From Girardia tigrina (Eukaryota): DNA of 49,962 nucleotides. Positions 1 through 12,423 of this stretch are shown in pieces. The position numbers and the translations under genes are program-made. Positions within the stretch are counted from its first letter, which is position 1. Every line of letters begins with the position of its first letter. The notes beneath the pieces were generated by a model, which was not told the origin of the DNA, made no database searches, and was given only the letters and a program-made list of their open reading frames with translations. Location: assembly GCA_001938485.1 (NCBI GenBank), contig MQRK01192616.1, positions 6,524-56,485 of the forward strand, written 5' to 3'.

Positions 1-11
1 GCCAGTGTTAA

Positions 12-57
12 TTTAGTCTGAAGATGGCGGGTAATCCGCCGAAATTAATTACGAAAA
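12..57 (+). ncRNA. Minimal type I hammerhead ribozyme motif, Penelope-like element type
   Basis: TTTAGT-CTGAAGA-T-GGCGG(GTAAT)CCGCC-GAAA-TTAA-TT-ACGAAA: CUGANGA core, perfect 5-bp stem II, GAAA, palindromic stem III (ATTAAT), stem I with one mismatch. A (TA)n tract follows. Confidence 0.65.
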
Positions 58-81
58 TAAATTGTGAAAAATGGCGTTCAC

Positions 82-87
<6 letters not shown>

Positions 88-119
<32 letters not shown>
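88..119. repeat. (TA)n microsatellite
   Basis: Direct reading. Other TA/TG tracts lie at ~39871-39928, 40498-40519, 43373-43503, 44047-44182 and 46167-46204. Confidence 0.95.
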
Positions 120-121
<2 letters not shown>

Positions 122-217
122 CAAAATTTCTGCTCTTTTTACTTTTTTAAAAACCTTGTAAATCTGTAAATTAAAATTGTCGCTTCAAAATTCACTTCAA
201 AATCGTATTTTTATATC

Positions 218-1336
218 TACGAGGAATATATTAAATTGTATATGAATGTGGTGTGTTGAAATCAGAATTGATTTCTTATTGTACTTGCGATAACTGAACA
301 CATTTAACATTTTTAAATTTACGGAAAATTTAATAAACCATACCACCATAATATCAATGGAATCGTAGAAATCCAATTTAGAACAATCAGAGATACCATA
401 AATATATGATTGAAAGACGAAAAGACATATATATTGAACAGAAATTTTGTCAGAAATTGAATTTATGTTTAACGGTACAATTTAGGTGACAACGGGAATA
501 TCACCAGCCGAAATAATCTTTTGAAGGAAACTAAGACACTGGTGAAAAAATACAATGACAAATAGACAATACGAAAAAGAGAAAAACAAAATCAAAACGA
601 TAACGAAACGAATGTTCTGTCGCGGACAGAGTCCTTATAAAGAAAGAGAACATAACGAAAGAAGAAGACTGATATATGGGACCAGACACATTTACAAAAC
701 GAAGACCTGAAAGAAGATAAGAGATTCTCAGAAATGTTGAATGGCTAAAGCCAATTAAATCGAGGGAGATATGATGAATATTTTAAATTGTGTATGAATG
801 TGATGTATTGATTTGAGTGTGTTGAAATTGGAATTGTGTTTCTCCCACACAATTGGAAAATTGGTATTTTATTGTGTTCATTGATCATTCGAATATAATT
901 AAAATCAAAAAAAATTTAATAATCCGATTAAATTTAAATTTGAAAAGCAATAAATTAGGATAAATTTTAAATATAAGTAATCTTTTTCAAAAATTTAAAT
1001 GAAAATATTTGACATATTAATTAAAGACATTTTAGAGGTTTGAAATAATTTTACCATTAATTTTAATTATTTTATATAATTTAATGAAATATTTTACAAA
1101 TAAATTGAAACATAAACTACGTAATTTTTTTGTAATGTTATTATATTTTTTGATTAAATAAATAATAAATGTTATTGAGAAATGAGGAAATTCTTTCGAA
1201 TAATCATTATTAAAAAAATCCAGAAATAATACTAATTAGAATGACAAATAGTGAAGGACCTTCTGACAATCATCTCGGAGATGACTATTTGTAATGATAA
1301 TAAATGTGTTAAAAATAATTGTCAGTGCTCTTAACA
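218..1336 (+). mobile_element. Internally deleted Gypsy-like LTR retrotransposon (5' LTR stub, integrase relic, PPT, 3' LTR 770-1336)
   Basis: 5-bp TSD ATATC at 213-217 and 1337-1341. Degenerate integrase peptides across frames (PYHHNINGIVE, FRTIRDTI, TTGISPAEIIF). Purine tract GAGGGAGA precedes 770. The LTR ends TTAACA. Confidence 0.75.
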
Positions 1337-1677
1337 ATATCTATAGAAAATATATATATCTAAATAAATAATATATAAACTATATATCTAAAACTGAAAG
1401 GGATTCATTAAATAAAATTATGAACAATATTTATTTTTATCATTATACCAATTATAAATTTATTATTTTTATTACATACTTAGCTTCTAAAAAACAGTAA
1501 AATGTCTTCGAGATATCTTACGCAACCATACACTCTGTCAATTGAAGTTTGTCTAATACATGTAAATAGTGTTGTATGATTGCAATTTAAATCTCGGGAT
1601 GCTTCTTAATAAACAAATATTATGCTCCGATATCCGTATTTTTATTCTATTTTATTTTTAAACCGATGTTTTTCCAG

Positions 1678-1776
1678 GCCGATTTTACTCCACTAATGTT
1701 CGCCACGTATCATGGTCATTCGAAACTGGTTGAATGTTTGATAGATTCCGGCGCCAATGTCAATGAGCGTGATCGA
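1678..1776 (+). CDS. Ankyrin-repeat protein, internal exon
   Basis: ttccAG|99 nt|GTgagt, phase 0. Translates to ADFTPLMFATYHGHSKLVECLIDSGANVNERDR, exactly one 33-aa ankyrin repeat. Upstream exons are not seen in the window. Confidence 0.9.
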
Positions 1777-1826
1777 GTGAGTTTGATAAAAGTGCAATTG
1801 ATTACTTTATATGATCGAGTGGGAGT

Positions 1827-1999
1827 GCAGCTGTGATGATGAATATGCGACTGAGAGACTGATTATATAATTAATCATCATTATCCAATCATTGCGCAAC
1901 TCGTGATTGAATTGGATGAATAAGTTATAGCGGAGGCAATGCAACCACAGCCGGGATAATCTCCGAGAATCTGGGCGTATTATTTATCATCACAGTTGC
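1827..1999. repeat. 19-bp inverted repeat, small MITE-like foldback
   Basis: GCAGCTGTGATGATGAATA (1827-1845) pairs with TATTTATCATCACAGTTGC (1981-1999). Confidence 0.7.
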
Positions 2000-2744
2000 T
2001 ATTTATGTGATTCATTGACATTTACAGCAATGAATTTGGGTTTTTCGAAATAAGAAAATAAATAATCCCAATTTATATATATTTTTTCTGTTAGAGGTAA
2101 TATAATCCATTTTATAAGTTATTTGAAATCGTGGGATTTTTCAATGGGAAATATGCAGAAAGAATAGTTTCTGGAGACAATTAGACACTCTTCCGCTCCT
2201 ACTGTAATAGGATTATCAGATGTACTTTCAACAGTACATATTTTTCTTTTTCATGAATTTTATATTGCCTAAAGTTGATAATAAAAATATTTTTATTAAT
2301 GAATCGTTATGTCATTTAAATCCCCTATAAAATGGAAAACACATTGCTCTCCTATCCATATTCTAGGTATATCTCAACATCTTTTGTACCTGGCATATTG
2401 TTTTGACAAATTGTTTTCAGAAAGAAAGTCTGATATTTTTTTAATTTACTGAATTTATATTTTAAATCTGATGTCATTTTTTTAGTTTTTAAAAAAATTT
2501 TCCTTGCGGAAAAGTTAACTATTTTTACTTCAGTTGTTAAATTATTTGCAAAAGTATTACTAGATAATAGATAGAAATAATATGAATAATACATCGTCAC
2601 AAAACACGTAGGAGTTATTGGGAGATTAATTAATTAATCAGTAACTTCTATTTGCAAAGTGAGACGAGAATAGAAATTCAAGAATATAGAATCGTGCAAT
2701 TATTACTTTCTCTATAAGATTGAATGGTTTCCGCTTTTGATAGG

Positions 2745-3178
2745 TATTAAGAACATCAATTTGACTTTTCATATTTTTATTAACAGAACAAGGTTGATTA
2801 TCCTCAAGACAATCTTTGTCAAAGCTTTCGTACGAGTGCGTTCTAAACTAAATTGATTAACTTTAATCTTATTAATTTTTAGCAAATGGTGATATAAATA
2901 ATTTGTTAAAATATTTATTCAAAATTTTATTGGATAAAAATTAAAATGATTATTAATTATTTAAAAAATATTAATTCGATTTATTTATTAAAAATTGTAA
3001 ATAAAATTAATCAACTTATTTAAAATTTTACAATTATTTTAAATTAGAAATAAATTTAAACATTACCTATTTTTAGATAATAAGAATTCAAATGTTAATC
3101 ATTCATTTGGGTAGGAGAGACACAATTCCAAATAAACATTCAAACACATAACATCAAACATTCAACATATTCCTCACA
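2745..3178 (-). mobile_element. Solo LTR (family copy A, 434 bp)
   Basis: TGTGAGGAATA...TTAATA on the - strand, TSD ATAGG on both sides, closely similar to 29805-30235. Confidence 0.85.
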
Positions 3179-3366
3179 ATAGGTGTCGGGGTTCTTTTTG
3201 GTGATCTTTAAATTTTTGATATTTTTAAATGTTCGATATTTTTAAAAATCATATTTATATTATAAATAAATCAAAAATAATATTCGATTAATTAAAATGA
3301 AATAATTCTCTAAATAAAAATCTTTTTAAATTCTTAAAAAGTTAATTCCATAAATAATTGATAAAA

Positions 3367-4542
3367 TTTATATTATAAAAGCCCAAGTCACTCACTGCCT
3401 GCCTGCTTCACTAACGCTCATATTATCTACTTACAATTGTAAGTAGATAATAATTAATATATATATCTTCAATTCTGCATTTTCTGAAATAATTTTAAAT
3501 TGAAGAATTTTGCGATTCGTCTTAAGATCCTTAAAACATGTTTATTGAGTCAATTAATGACAGATAACCCTGCCAAGTCGTTTATTTAGAGAAAGTTTNN
3601 NNNNNNNNNNNNNNNNNNNNNAAACTTTTAAATAAGGCCACCACTTCACTCTTATTCTTGAAAAGATTAGCTTATTAACACGATTTTAATACATTATAAA
3701 TAATAATATTATAGATTATAAAAATCGCAAATATTACATAAGCTAACAGAAGGACAGAAATTTGAATGGAGTGAAATATGGTGAAACATAAACTAAATTA
3801 TTTACATAAATTCTGTGAAATACGATCTCTGCTGTCATTGTTAACCAAAGCTTTATTCAAAAATCGTAAGATCCATTAGAGAATCATATTCATGTAAAAA
3901 TACGATGGACCTTTTGAAAGTAAGACATTTAACTGCAATTTTAATTATTGTGAACACGTGTAATTCATACATATCATGAATGTGTGCATCCAATGAAATC
4001 TCGAATGATTTAAACAACAATTTATCAGCGTTGAAAATAATAAATTGAAAATATTGAATTCTAAATTAATAATAGGAATAATTGACAATGTTTGAGAAAA
4101 TAGTTTTTGATCTTATTTAAATAATTCGTTNAATATTAAATGATTGAAGATTTAAGAGAATATATTTACCTGTGATATAATAACTATAATGTAATTATGT
4201 AAGCAATTATATAACTTTGGAATAAAAATGGACCTAAAAATTTCATTAGGTAATAGTACTATCATATAACTCTTGCTCCACTTCATTCCTAAAACCGATT
4301 AAATCTTTCGCCTTTTACTAAAGATTTTCGTGGAGTGGAATAACTAAAAGAGTCTACAGAATTTTTGAGGCCCCTCCGGGGTGAAACTAATTGAAAAGAA
4401 TTTTAATATGCAAATAAAAATATTTGTTATACTCGATTTTTTATACTCGAAACACTGAAATTTTCAATAAAAATGCTTTCAGAAAAAATTTGCGTGATCT
4501 AATAACATTGAACCCCCGGCAAGAGAGGGCCGAGCGCGCTAG
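3367..4542 (+). mobile_element. Non-autonomous Helitron ends enclosing degraded retroelement-like sequence
   Basis: 5' end TATATTATAAAAG with a short (CTGC)n/(CACT)n tract. 3' GC hairpin CCGGC...GCCGA followed by CTAG|T at 4539-4543. That both ends belong to one element is inferred. Confidence 0.5.
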
Positions 4543-4689
4543 TAGATATATAAATATATTAAAAATTTTATAATTAAAATCTCTATTAAATAATAATAAA
4601 TTTAAATAGTGATTAATATTTGTGTATTTTAAAAAAAATCGTGATTTGTATCTCAAAAATAAAAATAATATTTTCTGTATTTCAAATTT

Positions 4690-5520
4690 GGATCATAACC
4701 TAATTCGTTTAATTTCTTCTATGTTTGTTTAACAAAGTGCGGTCGAGCATTGTTGTGGAGGGTAATTGTACCTTTTCTGTTAGAAAATCCTAGTTGTTAA
4801 TGTATCTCTTCTATATATTCACAGTACCTTTCCGTGGTAATGTTTCATCTATATTCGAAAATCTGAAATGGATAACATCACTCGTAGACCACCAAACACA
4901 CAGCATAACCTTTTTTCGTGCCACTGTGGCTTCGGAAAATGTTTTAGAGCTTCATCAGCATTTACCCAATCATCTGAGCGTTGGTGATTGTCGTAAAGAA
5001 CTCACATTTCATCACAAGTGATAATCCGGTTCGAAAACAGTTCATTTTTTGCGCAATAGAAGTTTCTTCTTCATTCTTCTTTCTTCTACTTCATAACGGC
5101 GTCTGGTTTTTGAGAAACCCATTTATCGAGTTTTTTTCCTTTTCCGGATTGTCTTCAAATTGTTTGAAGGTGTTTTAGTTGACGTTTTTAATTGACAAAC
5201 AAGTTCTCGAACAGCTGTCGATGATTTGGACGACAAATACGCTGATTGTCTTGAAGGTTCTCATCACCAACGTAAAATTTGTTAAATCTCCATTGGACTG
5301 TACGTTCAGTAGTGGTTCCTGTGCCAAATGCTTTGTTAATATCACGTGCAACTTCATCAGCTTTTTATTGATTTTTAATTGAAATAAAAAGTCACACGAA
5401 TTTGCCCTTTCTCCATGCTATATTCAGAGATCTAAAATGTAGATCATAACTTCAGAATCGGATGACACTGACAGTCAGGATAAATGAGGTAAGAATATTC
5501 GAGGACTTTGCGTACTAATA
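4690..5520 (-). mobile_element. Mariner transposase relic, 3' truncated
   Basis: Minus-strand peptides KKVMLCVWWSTSDVIHF, NNARPHFVKQT and KLNELGY, with frameshifts and stops. Confidence 0.85.
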
Positions 5521-5589
5521 AATTTTTTTGAAGTATATCATACTCAAAAATTAGTAAAAAATAAAATATAGTAAAACATTGTAATTGAA

Positions 5590-5999
5590 AAAGTGAAGAT
5601 CTAAAAGAGATCGTCGGGCAACCTCGGGCCCATATGGGTGTGCGGCTTTCGGATACAGCTATCGTTAGATTTCTCCAATAATTGATTCATCATACTCAAA
5701 CATTCGCCCAAATAAACGTTCTTTTAGAAGATTTCTTCTTATGGTGTCTCATATTGCTCCGACACTTTGAAAACTTCAAGTAGAAATCTTTTTTCAATGG
5801 TTTGAAAAGCATTATCATTTTTTCTTTTAATTTCAATCAAATTCTCATTTACACAGCGTGAATTGTCCGAATTCGAAGAATTCGAGCTTCCATCGATCTC
5901 ATAACAATCAAATGAAACACTCAACAAATTCACACAATCTTTGAAAATCTTTTGAATGTCGTTACAAATCAAAGACGGCGATTGTTTGAATATCTTTGT
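5590..5999 (-). pseudogene. Unidentified exon-like relic with in-frame stops
   Basis: tttAG acceptor, then an open frame TKIFKQSPSLICNDIQ...EQYETP that continues past two TAA codons. GC is above the flanks. No family recognised. Confidence 0.3.
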
Positions 6000-6656
6000 C
6001 TAAATTCGATCTTTCATTAATTTCGTTAACACTCAAAATCCACACAAAGACATAAAAAACAGTTTGGGAAAAATTATTAATTTCCAAACTCCTTTTCATC
6101 ACACGATTTGCAAAGCAACCATTTATCAAAACTTAAAAAAACACTAAGCGGAAATTTCCAGATCACAAAATTTTTCTTCCAATTCTTTTCACAAAACAAT
6201 TTAAAAATAAAAAGTAATAATTTTTTTCTTAATTCAAATTTAAAAATTCTCTATTTAAAAGGTGAATGCGGAACAATCATAATTGAAAAATATAAAATAT
6301 ATTTATATCCACAGGAAATTTGATATGTATAAATCAAAAGGAGATTTGAACAATAAATTATTTTTTGATAGCAATAGTTTCTGCAGTAAACTATTTTTTT
6401 GCGAAGCCAACGACCTTTCATTATGCTTATTAGTGCTTTCTTTTATATTCATGCATTGTATATTATATTTAGATAAGTGCATGGTGAAAGTGTTTGAGTC
6501 CTTTTATTTTATTTTATTCTTTTTGTTAACAGCTCACTGTTTAAGATATAAATGTAGATATGCATATATGCATGCATGCGTTGATATTATTTTAATTTAT
6601 CATATAATTATTATTTAAAATCGATAATATAATATTGCTATTACAATTGCAAATTA

Positions 6657-7040
6657 ATTACAAGCTTTCATTACGTTTCATTTGTTTGTCTGTCTGGATG
6701 CATCAAATCTTGCGATCGAAAATTCACCCACTTCCCGTTCACCTAGCGACATGAAACTTTCAGGACTGATGTATTCTAGGTGACAATACACTTTTTCACT
6801 GTCACTGCTCATCTACCGCCTTTAGTTTGGCCGAAAAAAGTAATTAAAGTGTCGTTCTCATGTTTTCCTCAGTAGTAGGCTTTGAAATTTGCTACATATA
6901 AATGCAAATAGAAAACGGTTTTTCGCCTAGTAGGCTTTGATAATTCAGTCAAAAAATGTGGGAAGTGGGTGAAATAGATAGAGAACCGCAAACATATGAC
7001 AAATTATAAAAGCTTGTACACCAAAAAAAATTTTTGGTAT
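6657..7040 (+). mobile_element. DINE-1/HINE-type (Helentron-associated) non-autonomous element
   Basis: Subterminal inverted repeats TACAAGCTTT / AAAGCTTGTA, a (GTCT)n tract near the 5' end, and a 3' palindrome ACCAAAA...TTTTGGT. Confidence 0.65.
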
Positions 7041-8044
7041 GATTATACTTATTTTTTAACAAATTCATTGACAGAAAGATTAGAAGAATAATTATCATCA
7101 ATCCTGTCCAAACTAGATAAATTCAATATCATTAATATTTTTTCAAAGTTCAACGTTTTATAAGATCATTTTATCTCCAAATTTACTGTAATCCACTAAA
7201 ATTCCTTTTGTATACTTCCTTTCTTTTTATTGTGACCGCATGCTTAATTTTTTTTAAATCCTTCTGTTTTGTTAATAGATATCTGAAATTAATCTATTTA
7301 TTTATTTTATACTTATCTACTAAAGATAGCTCGGAGAACATTCAGACATTCTCCTAAGCTTTCTTCTGCTTCCATCGAAATTAAAATTCATTTTAATTAG
7401 TCTAAGAATTACCTTTAAAAATCTGTACTGTGAACTTAACGAGATGCAACATTTAACGACGAAAAATAAAGATTTGAATGAGAATTCTAGGAGCCTTCGG
7501 CAATGTAAAGGGCAACATCACAATCTTTACACGTAATTTCTGTTGTTATTTAATGATAAAAAACGCATCTTTTTTCTACCTTTTGAAGTTATTTTAAACT
7601 TGGTTTGTCACTAGATGAATTATATTTCTGTAACGATGATGATGATATTGAGGATAAATAAGATTGATTATTTATTGAATAAGAAAGTAAAAAATACTTG
7701 AAAAATCGAGATTAAACGGATAATGAAATATAATATTTTGGCTGAAGAAAATGGTAAAAAAATCATTTTTAAAATTTAAAAATACTACATCTAAATGTGT
7801 ATTAAATCCAAACATATTTACATAGTCTGTAACTTAAATAATTCATTAGAACACACACACGCTATTCTTGTTTCATCAGTAAAAAGGGGAATAATATTTA
7901 TTTTCTGTAAACTTCATAGTTTTCGAAAGTTTTTGTTTTGCTTGTTTTAATGAAAAAAGTTTAAATTAAAGCACAAATACATTGATTATTTTACATTTCA
8001 AATGAAAAACTCAAGTTTTTACAGTTATACTGTTTTGCTTTATA

Positions 8045-9878
8045 CAGTAAATTTTTTAAATAACGACCGTTTTTTAACGACTTTTTCATTGAACGACCGT
8101 AAAACTAAAATTATAATGGTAATAATAGAATAAATATTAGAAATAACAACTTTTTTTAACGACCACAATTTATCAATATTATTAATATTTTTTAACATCT
8201 TTCGTATGTTGGGTTGTTTTAATTTTTAATAAATTGGCGCAATTGCCATTTGTGTTTTGAATTGTCTATTTATTTTATTGTATAATTTTAGATTTAATAA
8301 TAATTTATATATCCAACTTGCAATTATTGATTTACGTTAATATCAAATATTCCATGTCAACGAAAAAACCAAATCAAAAAAATAAACGAAAAAGATACAC
8401 GAATAATGAAAAACTATTAGTGCTAAATTACAAAAAAGGAAATCCTGTATAAGCCAAGATTTTTTAGCTTCAAAGTTTAACATGTCGAAGGGAACTGTTA
8501 ATGAATTGTTAAAAAACAGCGAAAAATATATTCATGTTAATGAAAAACTGAAAGATCGATTTGCAATACACGTTGATATAAAATACACAAAGTCATAAAA
8601 TTTACGAACCATTATATGAATGGATCACTAAAAAATGAAAACAAAATCATACAGTTTCAAATTCTATACTTGGAGAAATGACAACTAAAATTTCTAAACA
8701 GATGAAAATTGACAATTTTAAAGCTTCTACAACTTGGATTATAAGATTTAAAAAGGTATACCGAATTAAGTATCGAACTATTGCGGGGGAAGAAATTTTA
8801 GTAAATCCAGTAGTTCTTGAAACTAGTTTTAATGATTTCAAAAAAATACTAGAAAGAATTGACAAAAGGGTTATCTACAACTGCGATGAGACTGGATTGC
8901 TTTTTAAATGCCCACCTAAAAAACATTATTATTAAACGATGAACAAAAAACTGGTGGAAAATTCAGTAAGGAGCGGATAACACTATTTTGTGCAAATTTT
9001 ATAGGAGAAAAAGAAAATTCATTGGTGGTTGGTAAGTCCACGTGGATTTAAAAATTGAAATTTTGATCAAATGAAATTGAAATATGATTACAATTCAAAA
9101 TTTTGGATGACATCTAACATCTTTATTAACTGGCTAACCTGTTTAAACAAAAAATTTGAAAAAGAAGAAAGAAAAATTTATTTTACTGTTGGACAACCCT
9201 TCTCCGCATAATGTAGACATAGAATTTTCAAATATTGAGCTTTTTTATTTCCCACCATATACTACAAGCAAAATCCAACCTCTTGATCAGGGCGTTATAA
9301 AGTCCTTTAAAGACAAATACAAAAGGATATTGACAAGAAATATCTCAATTGTGAATGAAGAAGAATTGCCATATGATGTATTAATTAATAGAATAAAGTT
9401 GGTGGATGTTTTGCCCGTTATAATAAATGCATATGGTGAAATTTCAACAGAGGCAATGACGAACTGTTTCAATCATGTATTTCCGGATGAAATACCTCTA
9501 ACATGACATTTTTCTTATATTCATTAAACAAAAGTATATAGATTCATTTTTAGAGTACTTGAATTCTCTACACGTGAATATTATGATGAATGATTATGAT
9601 TATGATGATGTAGTAGATTCAATTTATGATGAGATGGGCTTTGTAGAAGCCTGGGGGTGCCTAGAAAAGTTGGAAAAATATTTTTACAGCATAATAACGA
9701 TGCCCTTATAAAAATTAATGAATTAAAAAATAATTTGGAAGGTATAAAGAAAAAGGGATTAACTAAAATAACCGATTATATTATGAAAAAGAATAAATAA
9801 AAAATTTAATCGTTATTTTTTTTAAACGGCCGATATTTTTTTGGTTACCGTCACGGTCGTTATTTCAAACATTAAATG
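8045..9878 (+). mobile_element. pogo/Tigger-family DNA transposon with disrupted CENP-B-like DDE transposase
   Basis: TA flanks and imperfect TIRs (CAGTAAA...AAATAACGACCG). ATG at 8354. Motifs FKASTTWIIRFKK, IYNCDETGL, LLLDNPSPH and TTSKIQPLDQGVIKSFK, broken by frameshifts. Confidence 0.92.
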
Positions 9879-9949
9879 TAGATACAAAAAATTGTTTAAA
9901 ATTATCTGAAGTTGTAAGGAAAATACTAAATGCTTTTATTGAAAACTCA

Positions 9950-10710
9950 GTAACAGATTAAGCAGCAAATATTTGATTTCGTCACTTTAAATCCAAAAAT
10001 GAAAACATTGAAAATGAACCGTTGACATGTTGAGACGAAGACATTCGCGTGTTTTTGGATGGGAAGAAATTGGGAAAGTAATAAAATGGGATGATTCGAC
10101 AGCCAGGAAATGCCTCCATGACATTGGTTTTCTGACAAATGGCTATCACATATATTGAATAAGAACAACGAAAAATGAGTCGTTTCACCATCTGTGACAA
10201 AAACTGGGTGACCTATGACAATTGCAGAAGATCAAGACAAGTGTACAGGGTAAGTATAGGAACAATTGCGAAGAAAGATTTTCATCATAAAATAATTATG
10301 GTAACTGCTTGGGGCGCTTCGCGTGGATTAATCTTCCTCGAATCTAAACATTTCTGATTTTTGTTCTCAGATTACTATAGTTTACCAAAATTTCTGGATA
10401 TCCGAGCATCATTGGCAAACTGCAAATGAATTTTAATGCTCTACGATAAATGCACGATCACATATTGCAAGCAAGACCAGCAACAAGTTGACTGGGAGAT
10501 TCGGCCACATCCACCGTATAGCCCAGACATCTGTCCAATAGACTATCCTTTTCGGTGTTTATATAATTTCCTAGCAAACCAACACTTTATAAATGGTGAT
10601 GATATTAAAATAGAATAGGATCGGATTTTTGCTTCACATAGCTTGAACTCGCCTGTTGATAAATATCAGAAAGTGTTTGACTTGAATCGTGGACATTTTA
10701 TAGAATTAAA
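9950..10710 (+). mobile_element. Mariner transposase relic
   Basis: TICDKNWVTYDN, IMVTAW and PHPPYSPDICPIDY (YSPDL motif). Heavily degraded. Confidence 0.85.
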
Positions 10711-10785
10711 AGTTATAGAAGCTCCTTACTCTTCCCACCAAGATAAATTTTTTTTCAAAATTTCTTTAAAGTCAATATTGTTTAA

Positions 10786-11026
10786 CTCTGACTAACGAAC
10801 TATTTTTTACTCATATTAAATAAAAATGAAGAGATGGTCCTAGCACAAAAGCAAACTTACAACTGACAAGTATTGCCAAGTTTTCAGGTAGTGTGTGTAG
10901 ATGTCGTGCAAGAGTACATTCATTATATACAATTGGGATGCAAATAACCGATTTCGCATACTAATTTATCTCTCTTGAATTTTTTGAAATCGCTTGGGAC
11001 GTATTGTCAAAATGGTAGTCAAAGGG
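10786..11026. mobile_element. piggyBac-like MITE
   Basis: TTAA on both sides. Imperfect TIRs CTCTGACTA / TAGTCAAAGGG. Confidence 0.45.
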
Positions 11027-12423
11027 TTAAAACTAATTTGCATCAAAAGAATTTCAAAATTTTTTTTCAAAAGATTTTTTAGAAATATCTTTATCAGCAA
11101 ATCATAGTGTTACAACCGATAATACAAGCTGCGTCTGTCGAGTAAGTTTCCATTTGAAAGTCAAAGTTCAATGTCGCGTAGTAGTACACAGACAAAATAC
11201 TCCATGTAACTAAATTTATTAAATAAAAAAAATTTTTATAGGATTTTTTCGAAATTGGTTTTTTGATAATTTTGAACACAAAAAGTTTATTTATATTTTA
11301 AAAGTAATTATAATTATTAAAAAACAATTTTCTTGGAAGTTTTCACAAAATAAAATTTTTGAATATTAAAAGTGCCATTAAATCGGTCAATTTTTCTTTC
11401 GTTACGTGACACTGAACTTCGAATGTCTGATACATCATATTCGACATGTTCAGCAGGCATTACCAGTTATAACACTATTTTTATAACAAATTTTTTTTTT
11501 GATGAAGAATAGTATAAATAATTTTAAAAATATCGACATAAAAATAAACATTGAAAAAATTATTTTACTTGGTTGGAGTAGTTCCGAAGAATTTAAATTT
11601 CTAAAAGTCTAAGATTTTATAAAACAAGGTCCCGATGGTCTTTTATAGTGACGGTACTTTAGCTACCATAGATAACATAGTGTCTACTTTTCGATAATAA
11701 TAAATAATATAATTGACACTTAGATATTTAAATGATTTATTAAATAAATAAATATTCACTGTCGCCCCAATAAATACTAGCCTGTAATTTTTCAATTTTT
11801 ATTCACAATGTTTATCTGATTAAATCACTTTTCGGTTTGTTTGAAAATTAAAGTTTAAAAGTCAAAATTTATATTTTTAGTTTAAAATATTAATTAATTT
11901 TATTTAATGAAATTGTTACATTTGAATAATTAGATTTAATTTTCATTAAAAATGTAGTCATAATTGAACTATTGACCACCAAATAATAAGAGGAATAAAT
12001 TAATAATTTATTATTGTTTAAGGGCTGTATAAATTGTATGTTAAATTGACGGTTTTATACAAGTTGTAAGAAATTCTTTCTTTTCTTAACTAGAGTGAAA
12101 AGTCATTATATCTTTTCCGATATGATTATGAAAAAAAACAGAAAATACGGTATATGATTTTAAAATTAATAAATTAAATATATTATTATTTATAGAAAGA
12201 CTGAAATTGGTGGAAATTGACCCGGATCACTTTAATTTATAAATATCTCCAAAATTCATTAATAAAAACATTTTAAATTCTAGATATATCTATCTGGTAC
12301 TCTACCTTATCATAGTAAAAGTTTTTTGATTTGCATATTGGGTAAAACGAAAAACGGTTTTCTTTGAAGTCCTACTTTCAAAAAAGCAAATATAACTACA
12401 TTACTTAAGCATTTTATGTATAA

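Noticed and set aside
1833-1862. C/D box snoRNA (GTGATGA ... CTGA)
   Set aside because: The boxes are too close together and the C box is buried in the long stem.
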